Shown here: positions 19,141 through 28,538 of the stretch, in pieces
How the letters are laid out: each line of letters starts with the position of its first letter
How positions within the stretch are numbered: position 1 is the first letter of the stretch
Source: Syntrophorhabdaceae bacterium
GTDB taxonomy: Bacteria > Desulfobacterota > Syntrophorhabdia > Syntrophorhabdales > Syntrophorhabdaceae
DNA: 64,000 nt
Reading direction: 5' to 3'
Assembly: GCA_963666485.2 (NCBI GenBank)
Contig: CAXXUO010000001.1
Coordinates: forward strand, 1,312,001-1,376,000
The notes under the pieces: model-generated
The model's input: only the letters and a program-made list of their open reading frames with translations
Told to the model about the DNA's origin: nothing
Databases searched by the model: none
Program-made: the position numbers and the translations under genes

Positions 19141-20860
19141 CTGACTCGCTCAGGCTCATAAGCTTTCTGACAAGTTCCTCGCCGCGCGCGGTGCTCTCCC
19201 CGAGGAACTGCGCTATCTTTTGTGCCATCTTGATCTGGTGCTCGAGGAGTTCATGCGCCTGCTCGACCGTCTGGGACCGTATCTCTTTCAATTTCTTTTC
19301 GTGTTCCTGCTGGCTCGTTATGTTGATAAAGATGCCGACGATCTGTTTCTCGTCCTTGAGCATGTAGAGAAGTTCCCTGCACAGGAGATTGTAGGGACGG
19401 TGGAAAATGGTGATATCGAGGTTCTGTTCCTGGCCGGATATCAGCTTCTCGAAGGGCGCCGGGTCCATAAGATACGATATGTGGCGACCCAGTATCACGT
19501 CGCTGCACGAGAAGAATTTTTTGAACGCCGGGTTCATCCCGATAATATTGAGCTCGTCGTCGAGCATGATGACGCCGTTCGGCGTTGTGCCGAATATCTG
19601 GTCAGTGCGCCTCTCTGCCAGTCTGCGCATGTACGGTATGCACATCTCCGGCTCAGCCATGCCGAGTGCGACGGCTATCGCCTTTTCGCGGCAACTGTCA
19701 TAGCCGCACGCCCCGCAGTTGAGCTGTTGCTCGGGGTCCTGTTTGCCTGTCTGGGCAAGGATCTTCTGGATCGCTTCTTCCGTTACGTCCTTCGGCGACG
19801 GGCCGCTTTCCGCCGTACCGAAGGCTGCCGTGAAAAGACCGCCGTCCGCCGCCTCGGGCGGGGGCGTCCCCGGCGCTATCGTGCTGTTGTATTCGATAAT
19901 ATCGCGCCTGCGCTCGAAGAGGTTCTTTCCGGGCTCGATGCCGGGCCCGTTGATGCATCCCTGGCTGCAGAAAAGAGGCTCGATGATGGCGTGGTCGGGG
20001 CCTTCCCCGATCCCGTTCAACAATTCACGGACACCCTGGATACTGTCGACCTTGAGGAGCTTGAGGTTGAGTCCGTCGTCGTCGAGTCCGGCTGTCTTGA
20101 TGAGCCCTCCCGGGAGCGGGTACAACTGCGCCTCATGGACCGGTTTCTCGTCAAAATTGCTTTCTTCGCACATGGACAGGTCGATCCCTTTCTGGGCAAA
20201 CCACTGGTTCAACTCCCTGAAAGTGAGAACGCAGTCGACAATGCCTTTGACCTCCTGCCGTGTCAGTTCCGATTTTTTTGCCACGCACGGCCCGATAAAG
20301 AGGACCTTGATCTCCTGTCCGAGCTTTTCCTTGAGGAGGCGTGCGTGTGCCGCCATCGGGGAGACGAGGGGCAACAGGTGCCCCGTCAGTTCGGGCTGGT
20401 ATTTCTCGATATAGTTGACGAGGGCCGGGCATGCTGTTGCGATATGCGGGCCGCCCTCGGCCATTTCCTCGGCCAGGCGCCGGGATTCAAGGGATATCTG
20501 GTAGGCGCCGTGGGACGTTTGTCCCACATAGCGGATGCCGAGCGCACGCAGGGCGGACGGAAGCCGCGACAGCTGCCATGAGTTGAAGACGGCGGCAAAG
20601 GATGGCGCTATACTTGCCGCCACGAAATGCCCTTCGTCGATGAGGCGCTTGGCAACATCGATGTCGTTGCGGAACGTCTTTGCCTGCTGCGGACATTCGC
20701 GAATGCAGGTGCCGCAGGCAATGCAGCGCTTCTCGTCAACATACGCCTGCCCTTTCTGCATGCGGATCGCCTTCACCGGGCATGCCCGAAGGCACCTGTA
20801 GCAGTCCCGGCACCGTGCTGTCAGCGTGTAAACGATCTGTGGTTTGGATATGTCAAACAT
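19121..20860 (-). CDS. Sensory-type [FeFe]-hydrogenase (HydS-like, group C) with FeS and PAS domains
   Basis: 2x[4Fe-4S] N-terminus; ATACP, GPCVAKKSE, FCSQGCING; LNCGACGYDSC; C-terminal PAS-like domain and coiled coil. Confidence 0.85.
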   Translation of the reverse strand: MFDISKPQIVYTLTARCRDCYRCLRACPVKAIRMQKGQAYVDEKRCIACGTCIRECPQQAKTFRNDIDVAKRLIDEGHFVAASIAPSFAAVFNSWQLSRLPSALRALGIRYVGQTSHGAYQISLESRRLAEEMAEGGPHIATACPALVNYIEKYQPELTGHLLPLVSPMAAHARLLKEKLGQEIKVLFIGPCVAKKSELTRQEVKGIVDCVLTFRELNQWFAQKGIDLSMCEESNFDEKPVHEAQLYPLPGGLIKTAGLDDDGLNLKLLKVDSIQGVRELLNGIGEGPDHAIIEPLFCSQGCINGPGIEPGKNLFERRRDIIEYNSTIAPGTPPPEAADGGLFTAAFGTAESGPSPKDVTEEAIQKILAQTGKQDPEQQLNCGACGYDSCREKAIAVALGMAEPEMCIPYMRRLAERRTDQIFGTTPNGVIMLDDELNIIGMNPAFKKFFSCSDVILGRHISYLMDPAPFEKLISGQEQNLDITIFHRPYNLLCRELLYMLKDEKQIVGIFINITSQQEHEKKLKEIRSQTVEQAHELLEHQIKMAQKIAQFLGESTARGEELVRKLMSLSESDEANPR

Positions 20861-20882
20861 CTGTGGTACCTCTTACGGGGGT

Positions 20883-22874
20883 TCAAACCTCGCGTTTGAT
20901 GGCCTCGATGGCCATGTCCGTGGTGCAGCCTTCGATGATCCTGCTGCCTACCTTGATCGTCGGCCCCTTGTCGCACTTCTCAAAACAGAAGGATGCCTTA
21001 ACATTCACCCTGTCGTCAAGCCCTTTGACATTGATGTGCTCGAGTATGTCGCGCAGCAGCTTTTGTGAACCTTTGAGGAAACAGCTGGTCCCGAAGCAGA
21101 CGCTGATATCGAGGCTCTTCTCGACCCCGGAACTGATGTTCAGGTCTTCGTCGATGATGCGCTTGCGCGAGGAATAGCTCGTGTGGAGAAGCTTGTGTGC
21201 CTTTGCGCTGCCTATGTCGCCGAGCTCTTTTTCGTAGAGTTCGGTAATGTAGGGGTTATCTTGCGATTTGTGGAGCTCCAGCATCCGGTCGCTCTCGTAG
21301 AGTCCCTTCGTGCGCTGGCGTTTAACGGCCGGGTCGGTGAAGACCGGTTGCCCGGCACCGCCGATACACCCGCCCGGGCATGCCATGACCTCGACGAGGT
21401 CATAATGGACTTTCCCCGTCTGTATGTCTTCGAGGACCTTCCGGGCGTTGCCGAGCCCGCTGACGATCGCGAGTGTGAATTCATTGCCTCCTACCGCAAG
21501 CTTTGCCTCGCGTATCCCGTTGTCCCCGCGCACTGACATGAATTCGTACGCATCGTGCTTCTGCCCGGTCAGCTTTTCGCTCGCATACCGCAGGACGGCT
21601 TCGCTCACGCCGCCCGAGTTGCCGAATATGACCCCGGCCCCTGTTTTGAAACCGAAGGGGAGGTGGTATGATTCGGGGCCGAGGTCCTTGAAATGCAGGC
21701 CGGCTTCTTCGATCATGCGCCCGAACTCCTGGGTCGTCAGGACGTGATCGACGTCGCGCACGCCGTCGCTTTCGAATTCGGGCCTCTTCGCCTCGAATTT
21801 TTTCGCCGTGCACGGCATGATAGATACGACGACAATGTCTTCGCGCTTCACCTTCAGTTCGCTGGCGAGCATCTCTTTTGCCAGCGCCCCGAACATCTGC
21901 TGGGGAGAGCGGCAGCTGGAAAGATGGTTGACGAATTCGGGGTAATACTGTTCTACGAACTTGACCCATGCCGGGCAGCAGGAAGTGAACTGCGGGATCC
22001 TGTCGCCTGCTGTCACGCGCTTGATGAACTCGTTGCTTTCTTCGAGGACGGTAAGGTCGGCCGTGAACGACGTGTCGTATATCTTGTCAAAGCCGATGGC
22101 CCTCAGGGCCGCAGCGATCTGTCCCGTCGTGAGCGTCCCCGGCGGGAGCCCGAACATCTCGCCGATGGCGACCCGCACAGCCGGTGCGACCTGGGCGACG
22201 ACGACCTTTCCCGGGTCATGGATGGCCTTCCATACCTCATCCACCTCGGATTTGGGCGTGAGCGCACCGGTGGGGCAGATGCGGGCACACTGGCCGCAGT
22301 TCACGCACTCGACCTGGTCGAGGGCCTTGCCGAAGGACGGGATGACGACTGTCTGGGCGCCCCTGTAGGCGAAGTCGATGGCGCCGACGGACTGTACCTC
22401 GGAGCAGATGCGAACGCAGTCGCCGCACAGCACGCATTTATTGGGGTCGCGTACGATAGACGGCGATGATTCGTCGGCCGGCATTTCCTTGAGCTGGTTT
22501 TTGAACCGGACCTTCGTTATGCCGAGCCGTTTGGCGAGCGCCTGCAGCTGGCACGTCGTGCTTTTCTGGCACGTCGGGCAGTTCTGGCTGTGGTTTGCGA
22601 GTAACAGTTCGACAATGATCTTGCGCATCCTGCGTATCTCGCCGGTGTTGGTGCTGACCTTCATCTCCGCAGACGGCGGGGTGGAACATGCCGGAACGAG
22701 GCCCATGCCGTCGACCTGCACCATGCACAGGCGGCAGGCGCCGTAGACGCTGAGCTCCGAATGGTAGCAGAACGTGGGAAGGTCTATCCGCGCCTTCCTG
22801 ATCAGCTCGAGGAGGTTCTGTTCGTTTTCGATGGGGATCTCTTTATTATCTATATAGACGAAAGTGCCGGTCAT
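20883..22874 (-). CDS. hydA: [FeFe]-hydrogenase catalytic subunit (group A3) with C-terminal thioredoxin-like [2Fe-2S] domain
   Basis: FTSCCPAW, MPCTAKKFE, EVMACPGGCIGG; C-terminal CFGTSC...FCFEKC. Confidence 0.93.
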   Translation of the reverse strand: MTGTFVYIDNKEIPIENEQNLLELIRKARIDLPTFCYHSELSVYGACRLCMVQVDGMGLVPACSTPPSAEMKVSTNTGEIRRMRKIIVELLLANHSQNCPTCQKSTTCQLQALAKRLGITKVRFKNQLKEMPADESSPSIVRDPNKCVLCGDCVRICSEVQSVGAIDFAYRGAQTVVIPSFGKALDQVECVNCGQCARICPTGALTPKSEVDEVWKAIHDPGKVVVAQVAPAVRVAIGEMFGLPPGTLTTGQIAAALRAIGFDKIYDTSFTADLTVLEESNEFIKRVTAGDRIPQFTSCCPAWVKFVEQYYPEFVNHLSSCRSPQQMFGALAKEMLASELKVKREDIVVVSIMPCTAKKFEAKRPEFESDGVRDVDHVLTTQEFGRMIEEAGLHFKDLGPESYHLPFGFKTGAGVIFGNSGGVSEAVLRYASEKLTGQKHDAYEFMSVRGDNGIREAKLAVGGNEFTLAIVSGLGNARKVLEDIQTGKVHYDLVEVMACPGGCIGGAGQPVFTDPAVKRQRTKGLYESDRMLELHKSQDNPYITELYEKELGDIGSAKAHKLLHTSYSSRKRIIDEDLNISSGVEKSLDISVCFGTSCFLKGSQKLLRDILEHINVKGLDDRVNVKASFCFEKCDKGPTIKVGSRIIEGCTTDMAIEAIKREV

Positions 22875-22876
22875 GG

Positions 22877-24769
22877 TCATTCTCCTTTGATCGCCTTGAA
22901 TTTGCATGCTTCAACGCAGATGTAGCATTTTCTGCAGGTCTTGTCGTCGATGCGGTGCGGTTTGCCTTTTTCGCCCGAGATGGCGCCTACCGGGCATTTC
23001 GCGGCGCACAGCGTACAGCCCTTGCAGAGTTCCTCATCGACGACGAGTCTCACGAGTGCCTTGCACTTGCCCGTCGGGCACCTCTTGTCCCGGACGTGGG
23101 CGATGTATTCATCACGGAAATGCTTCATCGTGGAGAGGACGGGGTTCGGTGCGGTCTTGCCGAGGCCGCAGAGAGAACCTTTCTGGACGGCGCCGGCAAG
23201 GTCCTCGAGCAGGTCGAGTGTCCCCATCGTCGCGCGCCCCTCGATGATATCGTCGAGCAGTGCCAGCATCTGCTTGGTACCCTCGCGGCACAGGACGCAT
23301 TTCCCGCACGACTCGTGCTGGGTGAACTGCATGAAGAAACGCGCCACGCTGACCATGCAGGTGTTCTTGTTCATGACGACGAGCCCGCCCGAGCCGACCA
23401 TTGCCCCGACAGTCTTCAGGGAGTCGAAATCGATCGGCAGGTCGAGGTGGTCGCGCGTCAGGCATCCGCCCGAAGGGCCGCCTATCTGGACGGCCTTGAA
23501 GCCGTCGCTCACCGCCTTGCCGCTGTCGGACGTCATGCCGCCGGCGACGCCGTAGATGATCTCGCGCAGGGTCGCGCCGAAGGGCATCTCGATAAGGCCC
23601 GAATTGGCGACATGGCCTGTCAGCGCGAACGTCTTGGTCCCCGGGGAGTCCTTCGTCCCGACCTTCCGGTATCCTTCCGGGCCGATCTTCAGGACCAGGG
23701 GCACCTGGGAGAGTGTCTCGACGTTATTTATTATCGTCGGTTTCCCCCACAGGCCGCTGACCGACGGAAAAGGCGGTTTCGGTGACGGCATCCCGCGCTT
23801 GCCTTCGATCGACGCGATGAGCGCCGTTTCTTCGCCGCAGACAAAGGCGCCGGCGCCTTCCATGATGTTCAGGTTGAAGGAGTGCGTGGACCCGAAGAGG
23901 TTCTTTCCAAGAAGCCCGACGCGGTACGCGTCGTCGATCGCCTTGCGGAGCCTCTTGACAGCGAGCGGATATTCGGCCCGCACGTATATGTACCCCTCGT
24001 TGGCCTCGATGGCGCGGGCCGCTATGGCCATGCCCTCTATAACGCTGTGGGGGTTGCCTTCCATAATGCCCATGTCCATGAACGCCCCGGGGTCACCCTC
24101 GTCGCCGTTGCATATCACATATTTCTTCTCGTTCACCTCGCGCCGGGCGACGTCCCATTTTCTGCCCGCGGGGAAACCTCCGCCGCCGCGCCCGCGCAAG
24201 CCTGATGCGAAGATAAGCTCGCAGATCTCTTCGGATGTCATTTCGAGGTATGCACGGACAGCCTGCTGGTACCCGCCGGCAGCTATATATTCGTTGATGT
24301 CCTCGGGGTCGATGGCCCCGCAGTTCTCAAGCACGAACCGGTGCTGCCTGCGGTAAAAGGGGATATCGTCCTTCGTGCGGCACATCCTCTGACTGTCGGG
24401 CTCGACATAGAGGAGCCTCTCGACGACGTCGCCGCCCTTGACGGTCTTCTCGACTATTTCGCCGACGTCGAGCGGTTTTACCCGGGTATAGAAGATACCT
24501 TCCGGCAGTATGGTGACGAGCGGCCCTATCTGGCAGAACCCCTGGCACCCCGTCCGGGAGACGAAAATGCCCTCTTCTTCCTTTTTCAGCTCGACGATCG
24601 CGTTAAGGCCGCTTTCCTCGATGGCCTTCACAAACGCCTCGTATACCTTGAGAGACCCGTTGACAAGGCATCCCGTTCCGGCACACACGAGGACCCTGCG
24701 CGTGGCAGCCTGTGACCTGACGGCAAAGTCCGTCCCTATTTTATTAAGCCCCGTGAGCATCAGATTCAT
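22877..24769 (-). CDS. hydB: HydB/NuoF-like flavoprotein, bifurcating-type signature
   Basis: GDEGDPGAFMD, GAGAFVCGEET, GGPSGG; N-terminal Cys domain; C-terminal 2x[4Fe-4S]. Confidence 0.92.
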   Translation of the reverse strand: MNLMLTGLNKIGTDFAVRSQAATRRVLVCAGTGCLVNGSLKVYEAFVKAIEESGLNAIVELKKEEEGIFVSRTGCQGFCQIGPLVTILPEGIFYTRVKPLDVGEIVEKTVKGGDVVERLLYVEPDSQRMCRTKDDIPFYRRQHRFVLENCGAIDPEDINEYIAAGGYQQAVRAYLEMTSEEICELIFASGLRGRGGGGFPAGRKWDVARREVNEKKYVICNGDEGDPGAFMDMGIMEGNPHSVIEGMAIAARAIEANEGYIYVRAEYPLAVKRLRKAIDDAYRVGLLGKNLFGSTHSFNLNIMEGAGAFVCGEETALIASIEGKRGMPSPKPPFPSVSGLWGKPTIINNVETLSQVPLVLKIGPEGYRKVGTKDSPGTKTFALTGHVANSGLIEMPFGATLREIIYGVAGGMTSDSGKAVSDGFKAVQIGGPSGGCLTRDHLDLPIDFDSLKTVGAMVGSGGLVVMNKNTCMVSVARFFMQFTQHESCGKCVLCREGTKQMLALLDDIIEGRATMGTLDLLEDLAGAVQKGSLCGLGKTAPNPVLSTMKHFRDEYIAHVRDKRCPTGKCKALVRLVVDEELCKGCTLCAAKCPVGAISGEKGKPHRIDDKTCRKCYICVEACKFKAIKGE

Positions 24770-25253
24770 TGTGCGCCTCCTTGAGAACGATCTCGTCGAT
24801 AATGTCGGATACCCTCTGCGGCGTCAGCTGCCCGTACACCTCTTCGTTGACGACCATTGCGGGGGAGAGCCCGCAGGCTCCGAGGCAGTTCACCGTTTCG
24901 ACCGTGAAGAGCATGTCGGACGTCGAGTCTTCGCCGTCCTTGAGGCCAAGCTTTTTGACGATGGCACCGTAAAGGCCCATAGACCCTTTTACGTGGCACG
25001 CCGTTCCGTTGCAGACGCGGATAAGATATTTGCCTTTCGGTTTCAAGGTGAACAGGGAGTAGAATGTCGCCACCCCGAACACCCTCGCGGGCGATATGCC
25101 GAGCGATGTTGCGACAAAGGTCAATATCTCTTCGGGCAGGTACCGGTATTCCGCCTGTACCGCCTGAAGGATAGGTATGAGCCGTGCGGCGCTCCTCTGG
25201 TTCTGGTCGATGATCTCGAATACACGTTCAAATTTTCTTATTGTTTCCATCAT
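24744..25253 (-). CDS. hydC: HydC/NuoE-like [2Fe-2S] subunit
   Basis: VCNGTACH, NCLGACG. Confidence 0.92.
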   Translation of the reverse strand: MMETIRKFERVFEIIDQNQRSAARLIPILQAVQAEYRYLPEEILTFVATSLGISPARVFGVATFYSLFTLKPKGKYLIRVCNGTACHVKGSMGLYGAIVKKLGLKDGEDSTSDMLFTVETVNCLGACGLSPAMVVNEEVYGQLTPQRVSDIIDEIVLKEAHNESDAHGA

Positions 25254-25935
25254 TCACCCCATCCTGCGATTGAGTTGTTCTTGCCAGTGTCAGTTTCTTC
25301 GAAAGCACAACGAGAGATGAAGCCAGGTTCTCGTGCTGGACGATGATGCCTGCCGGTACGGCGACCTTTACCGGCGAAAAGTTCCATATGGCCTCGATGC
25401 CGGCATGCACCATTTCGTTGGTCAGGTCCTGTGCGGGCGTCGACGGCACGGTGAGGATCCCTATCTTTATGCCCATCCTCTTGACCATGTTGTCGAGCTT
25501 CCCGATGTGGAACACCTTGACGCCGTGGATCGTCTTCCCGATCTTGTCCTTGTCGACATCGAATGCGGCTATTATGTTGAGCCCGTACTCCTTGAACCTC
25601 TCAAATCCGAGAAGCGCCGTCCCGAGGTGCCCGACCCCGACAAGGTAGGCGTCCTTCGTGTTGTTCCATCCGAGGAACTCCTCGATGATCGTAATGAGCT
25701 CGTCGATAGAGTACCCGAGCTTCGGCTTCCCCACGGCATCCGTAACGCCGAGGTCCTTGCGGACCTGGATCGGAAGAACGCTCAGGTCATTGCCGATCTG
25801 CGTGCAGGATATATAGTCGCCCTTTTTCTCATCCCGTACCTTTTTCAGATACTGGTAATAAAGCGGCAGCCTCCTGAGCGTCGGCTCGGGGATCGCCTTT
25901 ATCACCGGTTCCTTTGTGGCTTCGACCTTTGGCAT
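25228..25935 (-). CDS. rex: Redox-sensing transcriptional repressor Rex
   Basis: IPEPTLRRLPLY, QVRKDL, VGVGHLG, IWNFSP. Confidence 0.93.
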   Translation of the reverse strand: MPKVEATKEPVIKAIPEPTLRRLPLYYQYLKKVRDEKKGDYISCTQIGNDLSVLPIQVRKDLGVTDAVGKPKLGYSIDELITIIEEFLGWNNTKDAYLVGVGHLGTALLGFERFKEYGLNIIAAFDVDKDKIGKTIHGVKVFHIGKLDNMVKRMGIKIGILTVPSTPAQDLTNEMVHAGIEAIWNFSPVKVAVPAGIIVQHENLASSLVVLSKKLTLARTTQSQDGVNDGNNKKI

Positions 25936-25989
25936 ATCAGGCCTCCATCATATTAGATAAATATCTATCTATAAATTAATATCGATAAA

Positions 25990-26018
25990 AATATATCGAA
26001 TAAGAGGGAGGGAGTCAA
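25990..26018 (-). promoter_or_regulatory. Sigma70-type promoter of the rex-hydCBA-hydS operon
   Basis: TTGACT-17 nt-TATATT on the minus strand. Confidence 0.6.
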
Positions 26019-26099
26019 GAAAAAAAACGGCGTACGGCTAACGGAAAAGGCGAAAGGAAAAGGAAAAGGCGAAAGGCTAAAGGCTAAAGGCGAAATGGC

Positions 26100-26487
26100 G
26101 AGTGCCAGGATATCGTGGACTAAAATTATACCGCCACACCAGCCGTCATTCCGGCTTGCCGGAATCCAGTGTCTTTGTTTTTCCGTCGTTCACGTTCATA
26201 GAGTTAATACTTCTGTGTATAAGGCTGCCAGCGTCTGATCTATCAGTACAAGTTATGGGCAGGTTTCCAAAGAGAGTTACCGCAAGAAAAACCAACTGAA
26301 AAGACACTGGATTCCGGCAAGCCGGAATGACGGTTAGAGGGAAACGCCACTGGATTCCGGCAAGGGAATGACGGATCGAGGGAAAAGACGCTGGATTCCG
26401 GCAAGCCGGAATGACGGATAGAATTGTCTGGCACTCTCAGTCCAGGATGTCCTGGCACATTTTTTAGTCCACGATGTCGTGACACTC
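26100..26487. mobile_element. MITE-like element carrying four REP-like palindromes
   Basis: Terminal IR GAGTGCCAGGATATCGTGGACTAAAA / TTTTAGTCCACGATGTCGTGACACTC; internal GTCATTCCGGCTTGCCGGAATCCAG, one forward and three reverse copies. Confidence 0.65.
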
Positions 26488-26520
26488 AACAGCTAAAGCT
26501 AAAGGCGTGCATTCTTTTCG

Positions 26521-27267
26521 TCACCCCGGCGAAGGCCGGGGTCCAGAGTCTTTGCTCTTTTGGTTTAACCAGAATTTTCTCTCGTCCGGGGTGAATCTCT
26601 CAATGCTGTATCGGAGCATGGTCCTCGGCATGGATGAGGCGTGGTGTCCGAGGAAGGTTCGCAACGCGGAAAGGTCCCGTTTGCCGGCCTCGCGGAGCAT
26701 CCAGCCGGTTGCTTTATGAATGAGTTCCTCCTTGTCGGAAAGAAGTGTCCGGGCAATTTCGAGAGTGTCGGCAAGATCATTGCGCCGGATAAAGTGGAAC
26801 GTGGCAACGATCGCGATCCGTCTCTCCCACAGGCTCCCGGATATGGCCAGTTCGTAGAGCTTGCCGCGCGGCCTTTTGTGGAGGTAATCCCCCACAATGT
26901 TCGGTGCCGATATGTCCACGAGGTCCCAGTTGTTGATGCGATGCGTATTGGCGAGGTACATCTCGTACACGCGGTCCCGCCCCGGACCATCGACCCTTTT
27001 GTAGATATCGGTCAGGCACACCAGCGCGAACAGGCGTTCCTCGTGGAATTCCGAATGAAGAAATTCACGGGCAAAGTTCTCGTCGATACCTTTACATGCC
27101 GAAGCGAGCCGTCGGAGTTTCGGCACCACGATCCCCAAAAACTTGTCCCCCTCCCCGTATTCCCCGGGCCCCGTCTTGAAAAACCTCCGCAGCACCGTCG
27201 CCTTGTCGGGGTCCGCCATTGACCTCAACTGCGCCCTGACCTCATCAACGGAAACGTTCCTTCCCAT
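26521..27267 (-). CDS. DNA alkylation repair protein (AlkD-like HEAT-repeat family)
   Basis: FFKTGPGEYGEGDKFLG, NNWDLVD, LWERRIA, IHKATGWMLRE; start uncertain (27267 or 27330). Confidence 0.88.
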   Translation of the reverse strand: MGRNVSVDEVRAQLRSMADPDKATVLRRFFKTGPGEYGEGDKFLGIVVPKLRRLASACKGIDENFAREFLHSEFHEERLFALVCLTDIYKRVDGPGRDRVYEMYLANTHRINNWDLVDISAPNIVGDYLHKRPRGKLYELAISGSLWERRIAIVATFHFIRRNDLADTLEIARTLLSDKEELIHKATGWMLREAGKRDLSALRTFLGHHASSMPRTMLRYSIERFTPDERKFWLNQKSKDSGPRPSPG

Positions 27268-27332
27268 CCTCCACGCCCTATCGACATTTTTCACAGAGGA
27301 ATGATACCCCAAACTTTCGGGAAAAAGCATGA

Positions 27333-27650
27333 AAAAAACGGTTCAAGGTTCAAAGTTCAAAGTTCAAGGCGAAAAGAAAAAACAGTACCCTGGGTCCCGG
27401 TGCCAAGCCACGGATTGAAGGAGCCAATTCATGGGGAATCAGTTGACCCTCTAACCGCCTTCACCCCGAAACCTTGAACCGGACCCCCTTTAATTAATTT
27501 GAAAGACAAAGACTGGACCCCGGCCTTCGCCGGGGTGACGGTGGGGGGGGTGGACCGCCTTTATCGTGGAACGTGGAACCCGGAACGTGGAACCATCTTT
27601 TACCGTTGACCATCTTCTATCCTTGAACATTGAACATTGAACCATCTTTT
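27333..27650. repeat. Inverted heptamer-array element with an embedded REP
   Basis: (GGTTCAA)n left arm, (TTGAACA/C)n-CATCTTTT right arm, (GTGGAAC)n inner arm, REP at 27508-27541. Confidence 0.72.
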
Positions 27651-27657
27651 AAGGGGG

Positions 27658-27689
27658 TTGCCCCCGGGAGGCGACCGGGGGCAATTTTT
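27658..27689. terminator. Hairpin, possible terminator
   Basis: TTGCCCCCGG..CCGGGGGCAA followed by TTTTT. Confidence 0.5.
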
Positions 27690-27716
27690 AAAACGTATAA
27701 GGGGGGGGTGATGGTG

Positions 27717-27956
27717 TCAGTATGTCAAAGCTCTTGAGAGGCTTTGGCTGGTAAAATTTTGTGAGTCGGGGACATGACCTGAAAAAGCGGTTCGGGATCC
27801 TTCCCTGGCAACGGTGGTAGCGTGTGCCAGCAGGCGAGGGGTGAAGTAGGAACGTGAACGTGTGCGGGCATGCCGAAAAGAGGGGGAAAAGCATATTCCG
27901 GTGGTAGCGGCGAAAACGAGCGCGAGAATGAGCATTGTCAGTATCAGAGCGAGCAT
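27717..27956 (-). CDS. Possible small membrane-anchored protein
   Basis: Hydrophobic N-terminus MLALILTMLILALVFAA; purine-rich upstream; no recognisable family. Confidence 0.3.
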   Translation of the reverse strand: MLALILTMLILALVFAATTGICFSPSFRHARTRSRSYFTPRLLAHATTVAREGSRTAFSGHVPDSQNFTSQSLSRALTY

Positions 27957-28050
27957 TCCTTCACGTCCCTCGACTCACGGTTGGGAAGGAAAGGCGAGGG
28001 ATTCCGAAATCCTTCGCATATCCTTCCCGGTGTCGTATATTCAAAGGCAT

Positions 28051-28365
28051 TCATCCCGTCACCTGCCGCGCATTTTCACCATGTACGGTTTCCATGAGCC
28101 AGACAGTATGGTCGAGAATGCCATATTTTCTTAAGGTATCGGCCACCATCAGGCCGATCTCGCTTTCCTTGAACAGTCCCTGGACCGTGTTCCACATGAT
28201 ATGGAGGCTTATGTCGCCAGGGATCGCAGAATGTGTATATATCCTGGCTTCATCGAGTCCGGGTGTCCCGTTCATGCTGCGGATCATATCCTTGAGCCAC
28301 CGTATAACAGATGGTTCAACATCGGGTTGTGTCCTTAAGCGTATGATCTCTATCCATTCCATCAT
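28051..28365 (-). CDS. Hypothetical protein divergent from the sigma54 activator
   Basis: 104-aa ORF with globular composition, preceded by a sigma54 promoter motif. Confidence 0.65.
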   Translation of the reverse strand: MMEWIEIIRLRTQPDVEPSVIRWLKDMIRSMNGTPGLDEARIYTHSAIPGDISLHIMWNTVQGLFKESEIGLMVADTLRKYGILDHTVWLMETVHGENARQVTG

Positions 28366-28380
28366 TTCTTCATTTCCTAA

Positions 28381-28397
28381 AGCACTTTGCGTGCCAG
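28381..28397 (-). promoter_or_regulatory. Sigma54 -24/-12 promoter
   Basis: CTGGCACGCAAAGTGCT (GG-N10-GC); IHF-like TTTCAATAACTTA at 28415-28427. Confidence 0.7.
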
Positions 28398-28538
28398 AGG
28401 TCTATATCATGTAATTTCAATAACTTACAGAAATCTGATGACATTTCTGACACATGTGACGGAAAATACTGGCATATTTGTCAGTTTTTGCCTATACTAT
28501 CGCATACGATAGTAATATACTAGGGACAAGGAGACGCG

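Noticed and set aside
26144..26418. Possible CRISPR array
   Set aside because: Repeats are palindromic REP-like units in mixed orientation with short uneven spacers, and there are no cas genes.
26102..26485. ORFs with repeated RHSGLPES
   Set aside because: Read-through of REP palindromes.
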